Under the pieces are notes generated by a model. The model did not search any database and was not told the DNA's origin. It was given only the letters and a program-made list of their open reading frames with translations. A DNA stretch of 64,000 bases, taken from positions 32,001-96,000 of IMG/VR virus record IMGVR_UViG_3300028601_000021; one strand, 5' to 3'. A program made the translations under genes and the position numbers. This document shows positions 20,761-30,560 of this stretch, piece by piece. The DNA is from a virus. Taxonomy: Duplodnaviria > Caudoviricetes. Position 1 is the first letter of the stretch. Each line of letters starts with the position of its first letter.

Positions 20761-21027
20761 TTAATTAGCCACGATAAGACCATTCTTGAACTGCTTATGG
20801 AACAAGAATGATTCAGTGGCATTACTGAACTTAAAACACTTGATCCGTGGTTCATCATTACCGCAGTATACACATACGGTAACTTCGTCGTCAAAACCAG
20901 CACGATTGGTTCTGATGACTACCTCACCACGATCGGTCGATACCACCCAATGATGGATACGACTGTGCAGCTCAAGAGCTGCTAATGCGCCATCATCAAT
21001 GGCGACTTCCAAAGAAATCCCTAACAT
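20761..21027 (-). CDS. hypothetical early protein
   Basis: AAGGAG RBS; early-promoter variant at 21062-21079. Confidence 0.6.
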   Translation of the reverse strand: MLGISLEVAIDDGALAALELHSRIHHWVVSTDRGEVVIRTNRAGFDDEVTVCVYCGNDEPRIKCFKFSNATESFLFHKQFKNGLIVAN

Positions 21028-21150
21028 ATGCAGCTCCTTTACATGATTTAATTGGTTTACTTCACTTAAGTTATATATACGTGAAAAAAATTGATCAGCT
21101 ATATAGAGACTACGGTACCAGTAGCATGAGCTACTGGTACTGTAGATATC

Positions 21151-21588
21151 TTATCTGATCTTATAATTTTTAGCTTGCTTAGCTAGATGAGCCAAGGCAG
21201 CTTCCACATCATCATTCATCAGTGTGGAAATATCACCCACTAAGCGTTTGATATCTTCTGCATCTTCTTCGAGATCAATACCTTGCGCAGTACAGAGTTC
21301 CAATTCACCACGATTGGGTACGATACAGAGAACAGGATTGAAATCATCATCCATGATGTTGATACATTCCACATCACCACCTGATGTTTCCACCACAACC
21401 AATCTCTCCACACCCATTTCGGTATTGAGATCATCTACTACTTCGGATACGTGTTTATCAAAAAGATACACTGGCGTATCATCAGCCATATCTTCTACTT
21501 GGTCATAATAATCTTCTTCGTCGATACAGTCATTTATATTTACCGTAGAATCCGCTTTTATGTGATCGTACAGTGTAGTTCTAGGCAT
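21151..21588 (-). CDS. acidic hypothetical protein
   Basis: GGGAG RBS; 145 aa, D/E-rich. Confidence 0.6.
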   Translation of the reverse strand: MPRTTLYDHIKADSTVNINDCIDEEDYYDQVEDMADDTPVYLFDKHVSEVVDDLNTEMGVERLVVVETSGGDVECINIMDDDFNPVLCIVPNRGELELCTAQGIDLEEDAEDIKRLVGDISTLMNDDVEAALAHLAKQAKNYKIR

Positions 21589-21643
21589 AGGTGATGTACT
21601 CCCTTGATATGCTTTATTTTAATGTTATCGAATGGTACAGATA

Positions 21644-22075
21644 TCACTTCCGTGTGTTCTTGAGAAGGATTTTGGCCTCTTCGTGTGTTAGATTTCGAAA
21701 ACCACTGAAATATTCGACAAGGATCTTCTCCAGATAGATCATCGCTTCATTGTGTGACATATTACGACAAGTTACCATGTAACCCAACATGATCTCTTCT
21801 ATTTCTGAAGACTCCAGGGAACTTAATTCATTCCGAAAGTACTTCGCTAGCTGACTCCATCTTTTGACAGAATCAGTACCGAAGAAATGATCGAGTTCAG
21901 TTCGAACTTCTGAAGTAAAGAACTCTTTACCCAATCCTTGTGACATAACCTCGAACAATGGTCGTACCGCATACATTTCCGCTATTTCCCACAATTCCTT
22001 ATACAAATCTGTTTTTGCGTCAGCAATTGCTTGGTGATGGTATCTTACCATTATCTCGATGTCTTTCTTACTCAT
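21644..22075 (-). CDS. hypothetical protein
   Basis: ATGA overlap with the upstream gene. Confidence 0.6.
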   Translation of the reverse strand: MSKKDIEIMVRYHHQAIADAKTDLYKELWEIAEMYAVRPLFEVMSQGLGKEFFTSEVRTELDHFFGTDSVKRWSQLAKYFRNELSSLESSEIEEIMLGYMVTCRNMSHNEAMIYLEKILVEYFSGFRNLTHEEAKILLKNTRK

Positions 22076-22431
22076 AGATGTTCCGTTTTCTTATCCAACT
22101 GCTTCTGGATAGTCATATAAGCTGCTTTCCTAGCTGCTCTTTCAGCTGCTTCATGTAATGCCTTCTCAAAGTATTCTTCGAAGATAGCTTCGGCTTTTCT
22201 TTCGATCCTTGCTTTAAATTCAGGCTTGAGCAACATATCATCGATCAGCTCTCTGATAGCCCCATACCCGAAGCCGCACGTAGCATTCTTATATGTCCCA
22301 AAACCCCTGAAGTGATCTGCGATAACACTATCTGCTATCATCTTAGCTCTACGATCACTTTGCGCTTTTGCATAGCTGTGTATATCCCTAGCGATCTCAT
22401 CCGTATCGATAAGGATCTTGATACCGCTCAT
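22072..22431 (-). CDS. hypothetical protein
   Basis: GAGGT RBS before ATG at 22431. Confidence 0.6.
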   Translation of the reverse strand: MSGIKILIDTDEIARDIHSYAKAQSDRRAKMIADSVIADHFRGFGTYKNATCGFGYGAIRELIDDMLLKPEFKARIERKAEAIFEEYFEKALHEAAERAARKAAYMTIQKQLDKKTEHL

Positions 22432-22491
22432 ATAGCACCTCACAAATACCCACCAGCTACAAATCACTGTAGCTGGTGGATAGATAAATGA

Positions 22492-24765
22492 TTACATTTT
22501 GTTGAGCTTAAACGTGATAGCACACATAGGAGCATCCCCGTATGCCATATACTCCACTACGATATCGGATACACTTGTGTGGTTCTGTCCCATAGTGGAA
22601 TCGGATACAGGAAAAGTCTTCTTAATAGTAGCCATCACATCCAACAGAGGATTATCCCAAATAATGGAATTCTTGGGGATATCCATTTTCACCACAGACA
22701 GAGTGTCTACTTCTACACCTAGTACATTGAAATGACCTTTAGATTTCTCCAAAGGTGTCTGTATGAGATAACTGGGTGAGATGAAAATACCAACCTTAAC
22801 TTCTTCCAATCCGGTCCTACGGAAGTTGTGCACGACCTGTAGAATGTTATCTCTTACTTCGTCGTAAGCCAACTGTCTGATATCTTTCGTTTTGTTGTTG
22901 AAAGATTCCATATGTGGAAATGTAAAAGGCACCTGCTGTACCTTTTGTTTAAAAGGAGAATCCATCTTGGTACCATCAGTGGGCCAAGGTGAAAGTAAGT
23001 TCTTCAAGAATTGCTCAGTGAAATCTTCACCGTCATCCTCTTGATCGGATACTTCTTCTTTACCGATGGGATCTTTTACGACTCTCTGTTCCTTGAGCTG
23101 TTCTACACCATCTACCAATACCTTCATCTGCGTATTGATAGAAGAAAGCTGGGTGTAGATATAGGAGAACTTAGAGTCGAATACTTCACCACCTTGAGAA
23201 GGCTGCCTCATATATACCTGCTTGGGTGCTGGTACTTCTTCTACATTTTCCAGGTTGTCTACCTTTTCGACCAATTCCGTCATAGAATCCATGATGGTAT
23301 CGATCTTTTCTGTATGCTTATCGATATACAGAAGTCTGTTATCGAAAGCATTCATTTTGGTATCCACAGCAGACAACTTTTCCCACAACTGACGGAAGTC
23401 CGTACGAAGTCCATTGACTTGATTTGCATTGGCATTCTGGCATGATCTGACTGAAGCCAATGATTCTATCGTACTGGTACTATTACTGTTAACGATATTA
23501 ATGGACTTAGACACACAAGATACATTATTGGAGATTTCATTTATACGCTCATCCATCTTATCCATACGGGACAAGATGGTATTGAGCTTTTCATCGATAC
23601 TATCCAGAGTCACTTTTGGCTTTTCATCAGTGACAACAGATTTGTTTACCTGTACAGTATCACTCACCTTGTAAGTTGGAGAGGGTGCGTCGACTGGTTT
23701 TATTACACTAACAGACATTTCATTATCTCCTTTTTCGATAGTGGATTGGTTTATTGGTTTGACAGCCGATATAGGTTCATACAAACCTATCAATTTCGGA
23801 GAAGCACTATATATTACCTTGTCATTTCTATTCTTGGAGGGGTCATATCCTTCACGAAGCAGATAACCACGATCGCATAACAGACCCAATACATAGTTCT
23901 CGGAACCGTATTTGACCAAGTTAGATGTTCTTATATCCCTCGTAGTTATCGTTTTCGGAAATGTCAGGTAAATAAATTCGATAACTGACTTGACCGCATC
24001 GAATACAGCTGTGGTGCAGCTAGGGAATTCCTTTAGAAGTTGTTCTTTTACACGGAGTTCATCGTTCATCTCGGATTCCTCTACCGTAGTATTATCAGGC
24101 ACTACTGCTCCATGTGATTTATACAACTCCAATAACTTTTCAGTAGCCACATACCTTATTCTTGTATTACCCGCTATGTATTTACCAGAAACAGTAACCC
24201 GTTCCACATAACCAATCTTTATCAATTCAATGATACAATATGTGACTTTATTCATATCTGATTTTTTCAAGTCACACATTTCTTTCTTGGATATAGGTTT
24301 AGGATAGTTCCGGAAAAGAGATTCAGTTACAGAATAATATCTATCTAACACGGTAGATGTGGAAAAAGGAAAGAGTTTCTTTAGATCTTTTACTATAGAA
24401 ATAGTAAATTCACTAGTATTCGTAGCATTCATGATTTCTCCTTTTTGTATAACGGAATTACCGTTATCCTTTTTACCCCTAAGTATTTCATTGAGTTCCA
24501 GTAACTTGGAAGTAGCTGCCAGACACAATACACCTTCATATATTCCTGTTCCAGTAGTGGTGGTTATCCACCCATGACTACGAAGCATGTCTACTAAACG
24601 CGAGAATAATGCTTTAGGTAACTCCATACTGTTACGCATGTCAGTGTATCTAGCAGCTTCCGGATGATCCCATGTAATGAAATTCAATATATTACACGTA
24701 AGCTCTTTTTCAATTTCATTACAGGATTCTAAATCTCTCTCTAATTTTGTTGAGAGTTCATCCAT
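22492..24765 (-). CDS. protein with three tandem winged-helix-like repeats, a coiled coil and a C-terminal domain
   Basis: The motif L...G[WY][ILV].......[YL].A[TS].KL..L occurs three times; heptad region at roughly aa 385-560. Confidence 0.65.
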   Translation of the reverse strand: MDELSTKLERDLESCNEIEKELTCNILNFITWDHPEAARYTDMRNSMELPKALFSRLVDMLRSHGWITTTTGTGIYEGVLCLAATSKLLELNEILRGKKDNGNSVIQKGEIMNATNTSEFTISIVKDLKKLFPFSTSTVLDRYYSVTESLFRNYPKPISKKEMCDLKKSDMNKVTYCIIELIKIGYVERVTVSGKYIAGNTRIRYVATEKLLELYKSHGAVVPDNTTVEESEMNDELRVKEQLLKEFPSCTTAVFDAVKSVIEFIYLTFPKTITTRDIRTSNLVKYGSENYVLGLLCDRGYLLREGYDPSKNRNDKVIYSASPKLIGLYEPISAVKPINQSTIEKGDNEMSVSVIKPVDAPSPTYKVSDTVQVNKSVVTDEKPKVTLDSIDEKLNTILSRMDKMDERINEISNNVSCVSKSINIVNSNSTSTIESLASVRSCQNANANQVNGLRTDFRQLWEKLSAVDTKMNAFDNRLLYIDKHTEKIDTIMDSMTELVEKVDNLENVEEVPAPKQVYMRQPSQGGEVFDSKFSYIYTQLSSINTQMKVLVDGVEQLKEQRVVKDPIGKEEVSDQEDDGEDFTEQFLKNLLSPWPTDGTKMDSPFKQKVQQVPFTFPHMESFNNKTKDIRQLAYDEVRDNILQVVHNFRRTGLEEVKVGIFISPSYLIQTPLEKSKGHFNVLGVEVDTLSVVKMDIPKNSIIWDNPLLDVMATIKKTFPVSDSTMGQNHTSVSDIVVEYMAYGDAPMCAITFKLNKM

Positions 24766-24789
24766 CTATTATCTCCTATGTAAATATTA

Positions 24790-24975
24790 CTATTTTACTT
24801 TCTTATTGCGAAAGTAATTAGTGATTATATTGGTCACTATACCTATCATAAAGCCACAGATCAGATATACCCATGGGTATATCTGATCGGGTATATCGAA
24901 AAAAGACACATAACCAAACAAACTAAAAGTAATCAAAATGACAATCGTATTAATCACATGTTTCCATGTGGACAT
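24790..24975 (-). CDS. small two-TM membrane protein
   Basis: Two hydrophobic helices and a basic tail; AGGAG RBS. Confidence 0.6.
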   Translation of the reverse strand: MSTWKHVINTIVILITFSLFGYVSFFDIPDQIYPWVYLICGFMIGIVTNIITNYFRNKKVK

Positions 24976-24979
24976 AAGT

Positions 24980-25312
24980 TTAACTCTCCTTTAGAATCGG
25001 ATGGTTCAAATTGACAGTGTACCCATAAATGGGTTTCTTCTTACTGGCTACATTCGACATTTCTTTCTTAGAAACGACGTCATATTCCAGTAGTGTATAG
25101 AGGATCTTTTGTACCCGCTGGGTCTCTATACAGCTGTCCTTTACGATGTCACGAATGAGGACATCATTACCTTTACATTGGATAGTTAAGATGATAAGTT
25201 TCATTGCTGTTTTAGTCTTTTCCAATAAACCATGTCTAGTACATTTATCCTTTTCAATGTATTCGACTAATCTATCGTACTTATCCATAAATGCTCTATC
25301 GACCATACCCAT
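24980..25312 (-). CDS. winged-helix DNA-binding protein
   Basis: IRDIVKDSCIETQRVQKILYTLLEYDVV...YGYTVN; AGGAGG RBS before ATG 25312. Confidence 0.6.
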   Translation of the reverse strand: MGMVDRAFMDKYDRLVEYIEKDKCTRHGLLEKTKTAMKLIILTIQCKGNDVLIRDIVKDSCIETQRVQKILYTLLEYDVVSKKEMSNVASKKKPIYGYTVNLNHPILKES

Positions 25313-25368
25313 GTATCGCCTCCTATATACACCAGTAGCTATAATAGCTACTGGTGTACTATTTATTA

Positions 25369-26040
25369 TTAACGAATAGAAGTAAAAGGTAACTTCCAAT
25401 TACGCTCTACCACATCAATGAAGTCATTAAGATGATCCATTGAGAACCATGCCTTTTCTCTCATATGGTTGAACCATTTAAAAAATCCCTTCGATATATC
25501 GGTACCGTATCGAGTATCTCCAAGAGTATGGATGTTATATCGATGAAACACATACTTATCTGCATGCATCTGCAATAAGAAATGTCTAGATCCATCATCC
25601 ATTTTTCTAAACAATACTCTCTTGGTTCTATCGATGTCTGTTTCGAGCATAAAGTCTTCACCACTCATGACATCAAATAGTGGATGTTCGTATTTAACAA
25701 TTGTGTCATGTATCTTTTTATTTTCCACGAACAATTTATTCCACAGATAATCACTGTCAAAATGGTCGTCACCGTGCTCGATCATATATTGCTTGTGATC
25801 TGTATCGACATAGAACTGAACACCGTTATATTCATCGTAGAACCATGAATTGAAATGTGCTTTCATTGTGGTATAGTTATCTTTAATTTCCCCTAAAGGA
25901 AAAGACCATTTGATATCATCTGTGTGTTTATCATCGCCTTTAGCTATAATAATCGAAATGAAAGGTTTACCAAACTCACCTTTCTCTGTATAAACTAATT
26001 TACTCTGTTTTGTCTTCTTAAATACCACATCGCTACTCAT
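25369..26040 (-). CDS. hypothetical early protein
   Basis: AGGAG RBS; early motif at 26096. Confidence 0.6.
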   Translation of the reverse strand: MSSDVVFKKTKQSKLVYTEKGEFGKPFISIIIAKGDDKHTDDIKWSFPLGEIKDNYTTMKAHFNSWFYDEYNGVQFYVDTDHKQYMIEHGDDHFDSDYLWNKLFVENKKIHDTIVKYEHPLFDVMSGEDFMLETDIDRTKRVLFRKMDDGSRHFLLQMHADKYVFHRYNIHTLGDTRYGTDISKGFFKWFNHMREKAWFSMDHLNDFIDVVERNWKLPFTSIR

Positions 26041-26087
26041 GACTACTCTCCTTTTATTAGGATCTATATGTTGGTTTAAATACTTTA

Positions 26088-26105
26088 CTACTTATGTAAT
26101 ATATA
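26088..26105 (-). promoter_or_regulatory. early promoter motif
   Basis: GTAATATATA at 26096-26105. Confidence 0.6.
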
Positions 26106-26162
26106 TCTATTTTTAGATCCAACGACGATACTTTACCCCACCTTAAATAGAGGAGTATATGT

Positions 26163-27911
26163 ATGAGTGAAATAGTCCAATCCGTACCTGGCTGGGTGCA
26201 TAGTTTACATATCGTAGATAAAGAAGCTAAGATCAATACCTTAATGGTAAAAGAAAAGATTTACCAGAAGGATGCAGAAGGTAATGTCACTTATAGAGAT
26301 AACTTAAAGTTTATAAATGATCCAGTTAGACCTGTGTGGGTCACTAAGCCTGGATGTAGAAATCATCAGTTTAAAAAGGAATTTGAATATCTTACTAATC
26401 TGGATAGATACAACGTACCGGATAGTAAAGTATGCCAGACAGCTCAGAGTGCCTTAGATGGTAGATATAGTAGTTATGAACCCAGACTACGTAATCTTTG
26501 TAGTAGTCCATTTGTATATGCTGCTGATATCGAAGCTGGTGTGTTCACTAGATATAGATATCAGAAACAAATAGAAGACTTAGGTGGTATACCTTTCAAA
26601 TACACAGTAGGTTGTCTGGACATCGAGAACGAAGTACGTGGTGATGGTCGTATCAATGCTATTACCTTTATACATGAAAATGAAATCTTTACTACGGTAT
26701 TAGACGATTACATGTATATCCACGATAGGGATAAAGGCACTAAAGTAAAAGCTACTAGAGAAGATGCTTTAGCTGCTATTAAAGAAACAGTAGGACCTTT
26801 GTTATCTGAGCATAAGTTTAAATTGACTTTTGCCATACATACCAATGAAGTAGATATGATCAAATGGATATTCAAACATATCCATGAAAAGAAGACTGAC
26901 TTTATCGGTATCTGGAATATGCGTCACGATATTCCCCACATGATGTATAGATTACTGAAGAATGATGTATTACCAGAAACAGTCATGCCTCATCCTGATG
27001 TACCCGTGAATCTACGTTTTGTTAGATATAATGATGACAAGACTAAAGATCTTCAGCATATCACCGACAGATGGGATTGGTGTGAAATACCTGGACATAG
27101 TCAATTCGTGGATGCTATGTGTCTTTACGCTAGGATACGTAAGACTAGTGGTCGTAAGTCCAGTTATAGTCTAGATGCAGTATCTAATGAAGAAGTAGGT
27201 AAAGGTAAGCTAAAGTTAGGTAGAATCACTAACCACTGGTATGAACAGAACTATAGATTCTTACCTTATATAGCTTACAACATCAATGACTGTGTATTGA
27301 TGCAACTTATGGAATGGAAGAATCACGACTATAGTCAGTTATTATCTCTTAGTGGTGTATCTATGTTGAACGATTTCAACAAACAGACTGCTATGGGCAA
27401 GAACAGTACTTTTATCTATGCTTTAGGTAAAGGACGAGTAATCGCTAGTGTAGGTAAGGATATGCTCACTCCTTTTGATAAGGATATCCCTAAATTAGGT
27501 GGTGCAGTACTATCCCCCGCTAGAGCTAAAAACATCGGTAGTAAGATACTGAAAGAAGCCCCAGGTATAGAGACTCAAGTAGTCATGAGCGTGAATGACT
27601 TAGATGTCACCGCAGAGTATCCAAGTATCACCGCTACGTTTAATATCTCTAAAGAGACTAAGTTAAGCACAGCACTCACTATAGAAGGTATGCCTAGATC
27701 TGCCACAGAAGGATTCTTCAGTGAATTACCTTCTCCTTTAGAAAATGCAGTACCTCTTTGTAGTAATTACTTCGGGTTACCTAATTACACCAAGATGGGT
27801 GAGTTATTCGATCAATATGTCACTATTCTTCTTAAACAGAAAAGCGATCCATTGATAGCAGATATAGATCCATTAGAATTACTAGATATACCTCTAGTAT
27901 TATCTAAGTAA
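26163..27911 (+). CDS. family B DNA polymerase, exonuclease/motif-A subunit of the split phiKZ-type polymerase
   Basis: ExoI CLDIENE, ExoII IWNMRHD, SYSLDAV, ExoIII YNIND, GGAVL, motif A DLDVTAEYPS....NISKET; no motif B/C, as expected for the split enzyme. Confidence 0.85.
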   Translation: MSEIVQSVPGWVHSLHIVDKEAKINTLMVKEKIYQKDAEGNVTYRDNLKFINDPVRPVWVTKPGCRNHQFKKEFEYLTNLDRYNVPDSKVCQTAQSALDGRYSSYEPRLRNLCSSPFVYAADIEAGVFTRYRYQKQIEDLGGIPFKYTVGCLDIENEVRGDGRINAITFIHENEIFTTVLDDYMYIHDRDKGTKVKATREDALAAIKETVGPLLSEHKFKLTFAIHTNEVDMIKWIFKHIHEKKTDFIGIWNMRHDIPHMMYRLLKNDVLPETVMPHPDVPVNLRFVRYNDDKTKDLQHITDRWDWCEIPGHSQFVDAMCLYARIRKTSGRKSSYSLDAVSNEEVGKGKLKLGRITNHWYEQNYRFLPYIAYNINDCVLMQLMEWKNHDYSQLLSLSGVSMLNDFNKQTAMGKNSTFIYALGKGRVIASVGKDMLTPFDKDIPKLGGAVLSPARAKNIGSKILKEAPGIETQVVMSVNDLDVTAEYPSITATFNISKETKLSTALTIEGMPRSATEGFFSELPSPLENAVPLCSNYFGLPNYTKMGELFDQYVTILLKQKSDPLIADIDPLELLDIPLVLSK

Positions 27912-28041
27912 GTATAAAGGTGAGAGATGTAGTAGACTGTAATACATACGACCATATATGTAGGGACTATTACACCGGTACGTTTACTACATCTCAGTAC
28001 CCTAAACTTTCAAACTAGATAAAAGTGCATCAGAGGTATAT

Positions 28042-28635
28042 ATGAAGAATGGCGATAATGTCTACGTGAATAACATCAACCCTGACTCTAAGATAGTGAA
28101 GATACTATCTATAGATCCAGGTACAACAGTTACTGGTTGGGCTATGTCCACCTTCAATATACCTAACAATACATTCGTTGTACATAAGTTTGGTATGATA
28201 ACGCCTATCAAATTAGCTAAGAAGGACAAAGAGGATTGTCTTAAGTATACACAACAATTGATAGCCTTAGATTATCTAGCTGTTAAATTCGATGAATTGA
28301 TGGCTGTATGGAAACCTAACTTCGTAGTTAGTGAAGATGCATTCATGAATGCTAAATTCGCTAATGCACATGCTGCTTTGACTTTATGTTTATTTGTGAT
28401 GAGTAACCTATGTAGAAAGAAATACCATATGCCTTTCTATAAGTTAGCCCCTTGTCATGTTAAACGTATCGTCACTAATAGTGGTACTGCTAACAAATTA
28501 TCTATTCAGGAAGCTATTTTAAATAATCCAGAAATTACAGTAGATGCTAAGTCCATGGTGGAACATGAAGCAGATGCTATCGGTGTAGGTTATACTTTCT
28601 CGAAACAGATTCCTATGATTTTGGCTAGTTTATAA
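28042..28635 (+). CDS. ruvC: RuvC-like Holliday junction resolvase
   Basis: ILSIDPG...TGW, VVSED, VK..V...G.A.K and HEADAI motifs. Confidence 0.9.
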   Translation: MKNGDNVYVNNINPDSKIVKILSIDPGTTVTGWAMSTFNIPNNTFVVHKFGMITPIKLAKKDKEDCLKYTQQLIALDYLAVKFDELMAVWKPNFVVSEDAFMNAKFANAHAALTLCLFVMSNLCRKKYHMPFYKLAPCHVKRIVTNSGTANKLSIQEAILNNPEITVDAKSMVEHEADAIGVGYTFSKQIPMILASL

Positions 28636-28660
28636 AAAATATGTATACACGACATAGGCA

Positions 28661-28697
28661 CTATAGCAGTACTCCTGTAATAGGAGTACTGCTATAG
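28661..28697. terminator. inverted repeat between convergent genes
   Basis: CTATAGCAGTACTCC-tgtaata-GGAGTACTGCTATAG. Confidence 0.75.
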
Positions 28698-28717
28698 CAC
28701 CAATTATAGTCTCTGTA

Positions 28718-29803
28718 TTACTGCTTCTTTTCCGTACCAGCACCGATCTTGGTGGCCTTACTACCAGTACCGACCACAGGAGCTGCTGCAGCTTCAGGAG
28801 CAGCTGCCGGTGCTGGAGTATGCAGCATATCTGCGGATACTTCCATCATCGGCACGGCCATATCCAGCTTCTCGATAGTGGAGAGGATATGAACACACTT
28901 TTCTTCATCGCTGAGTGCGATCTTTTCTTCAGGCTTCTTGATCATATCGCAAGCGACAGACACCGCCATACCGGTGGCGATAGAAGACTCGGCCATTTTC
29001 TTGGGACCACCATAGAAGAAGTCTACGATGTTACGGGCCATACCGAAAGCAGCCATAACACCGACCTGTTCTTCAGTGAGTGAGAACTCCTTGTTCTCCA
29101 CGGTATCGAAGAAACCTTCCACACCGAGCAGGGATTCGATATCCTGGCTCAGCTTTTCAACATCCACCATGGCAGCTTCTTCGTGGCGCTGCTGATCCTT
29201 GGTGGTGTACTTCAGTTCCTTGCCCTTGTAGTTGAGCATCTTGTGACCCCAGAGCATCATCTTCTGGACATCGACAGCACTCTCATTCAACTGGACGATA
29301 TTAGAAGCGAAGTAACAGGCTTCAGCCGAAAGGATGTCTTCGACCACCAGAGTGACCATGGACTGAATAGCTGCCAATTCAAATACCCGAAGGTTACCGA
29401 AGCCGATGGTACCGATAGCCATACCACCGATGTTGGTGGCACGGCAGTCGCCGATGTACAGTCTTTCGACGTTATGGATGAAGACGACCTTGGCCTTGAC
29501 CTTCTTCAGATCAACTACACCGCAATCTTCGATGATCAGCAGATCTGCTGCGATAAAGTCAGCACTGAAGTCATTCATTCCACAGAGACGGATGATGTCA
29601 CCGGTATAGTCATTCTGTACCGGCGTATCCTTACTGATCAGCTGCTGATCGGACTGATGGAGAAAGTGCTTTGCCTGCCCGATGATCTTGGAGAATACTT
29701 CACCAAAGTTCTTACCTTTCTTGGGTGCAGCTGCAGCTACTTCAGTGACTTCGGTGGTGGGGACAAAAGAGGCACGACGGACGGAGAAGATGTTCTTGTT
29801 CAT
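28718..29803 (-). CDS. hypothetical, probably highly expressed; central beta-solenoid-like segment
   Basis: AGGAG RBS; capsid-like codon bias. Confidence 0.65.
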   Translation of the reverse strand: MNKNIFSVRRASFVPTTEVTEVAAAAPKKGKNFGEVFSKIIGQAKHFLHQSDQQLISKDTPVQNDYTGDIIRLCGMNDFSADFIAADLLIIEDCGVVDLKKVKAKVVFIHNVERLYIGDCRATNIGGMAIGTIGFGNLRVFELAAIQSMVTLVVEDILSAEACYFASNIVQLNESAVDVQKMMLWGHKMLNYKGKELKYTTKDQQRHEEAAMVDVEKLSQDIESLLGVEGFFDTVENKEFSLTEEQVGVMAAFGMARNIVDFFYGGPKKMAESSIATGMAVSVACDMIKKPEEKIALSDEEKCVHILSTIEKLDMAVPMMEVSADMLHTPAPAAAPEAAAAPVVGTGSKATKIGAGTEKKQ

Positions 29804-29942
29804 GATAAAACTCCTAAATTGGTTTATGTTTTTATTTTAGGCCCATGCCATCATTGATTCGACTAAAAAGTAAATACTACCAGAGGATACCGGTTAGGTA
29901 TCCTCTGGTAGTGATATAGCTGACTGCTATATATAGAACGTA

Positions 29943-30410
29943 TTACATGACAGCGCGTACTGCTTCAGCAAGTGCGTCGATCTGAGCATCGTCGATCAGT
30001 CTGGTCTCGGTGACCTTCAGTTCAACTACACCATACACTTCAGTGTAGGTACCGGGATCGCGCGGCTGGGGGTAGCGACGATGAGCGTGGCCAGTGATGA
30101 CAGTCTTACCTGTCGGGGTAGCTGTCTTCAGGATGACCTTCTGCTGCTTCGGGTTCTCGCCAGCCTTCTTGGCAGCGGCGACTACTTCAGGAAGCTTTTC
30201 CTGAATGAAGTCAATACCACCGGCAGTCATGGCAGCCTTTACTTCGGTGAAGCGCTTCTGCACGTCTTCAGTCAATCCCTGCTGCTTGAGGAACTTCACA
30301 TAAGCAGACTGGTTTACCGAATACAGGTTCTGCTTTTCGTCCTTCTTGGCATTCTCGTTAAAGAATGCCTGGGCTGCCTTTCTCATTTCCTGGTTCACTG
30401 CAATAGCCAT
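29943..30410 (-). CDS. hypothetical, probably highly expressed basic protein
   Basis: GGAGG RBS; capsid-like codon bias; early motif at 30512. Confidence 0.65.
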   Translation of the reverse strand: MAIAVNQEMRKAAQAFFNENAKKDEKQNLYSVNQSAYVKFLKQQGLTEDVQKRFTEVKAAMTAGGIDFIQEKLPEVVAAAKKAGENPKQQKVILKTATPTGKTVITGHAHRRYPQPRDPGTYTEVYGVVELKVTETRLIDDAQIDALAEAVRAVM

Positions 30411-30503
30411 TTGTTTTTCCTCCGGAGGAATGGGTGTGGGTGATAAGGATAGTTGTACGCTGCAGCTACAAAGTATCCTTAGGACTAGATATACAACACT
30501 ATA

Positions 30504-30521
30504 TCACCTTTGTAATATATA
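30504..30521 (-). promoter_or_regulatory. early promoter motif
   Basis: TCAC-cttt-GTAATATATA. Confidence 0.65.
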
Positions 30522-30560
30522 CTTAAAATTACATTGGAATACAGTGTTGTATATCTTTGA

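Noticed and set aside
20281-20811. 176-aa plus-strand ORF
   Set aside because: It starts inside a palindrome and is antisense to an RBS-bearing gene in a minus-strand early block.
29183-29857. 224-aa plus-strand ORF and other antisense ORFs over 28718-30410
   Set aside because: These are shadow frames of codon-biased minus-strand genes that have clear RBSs.
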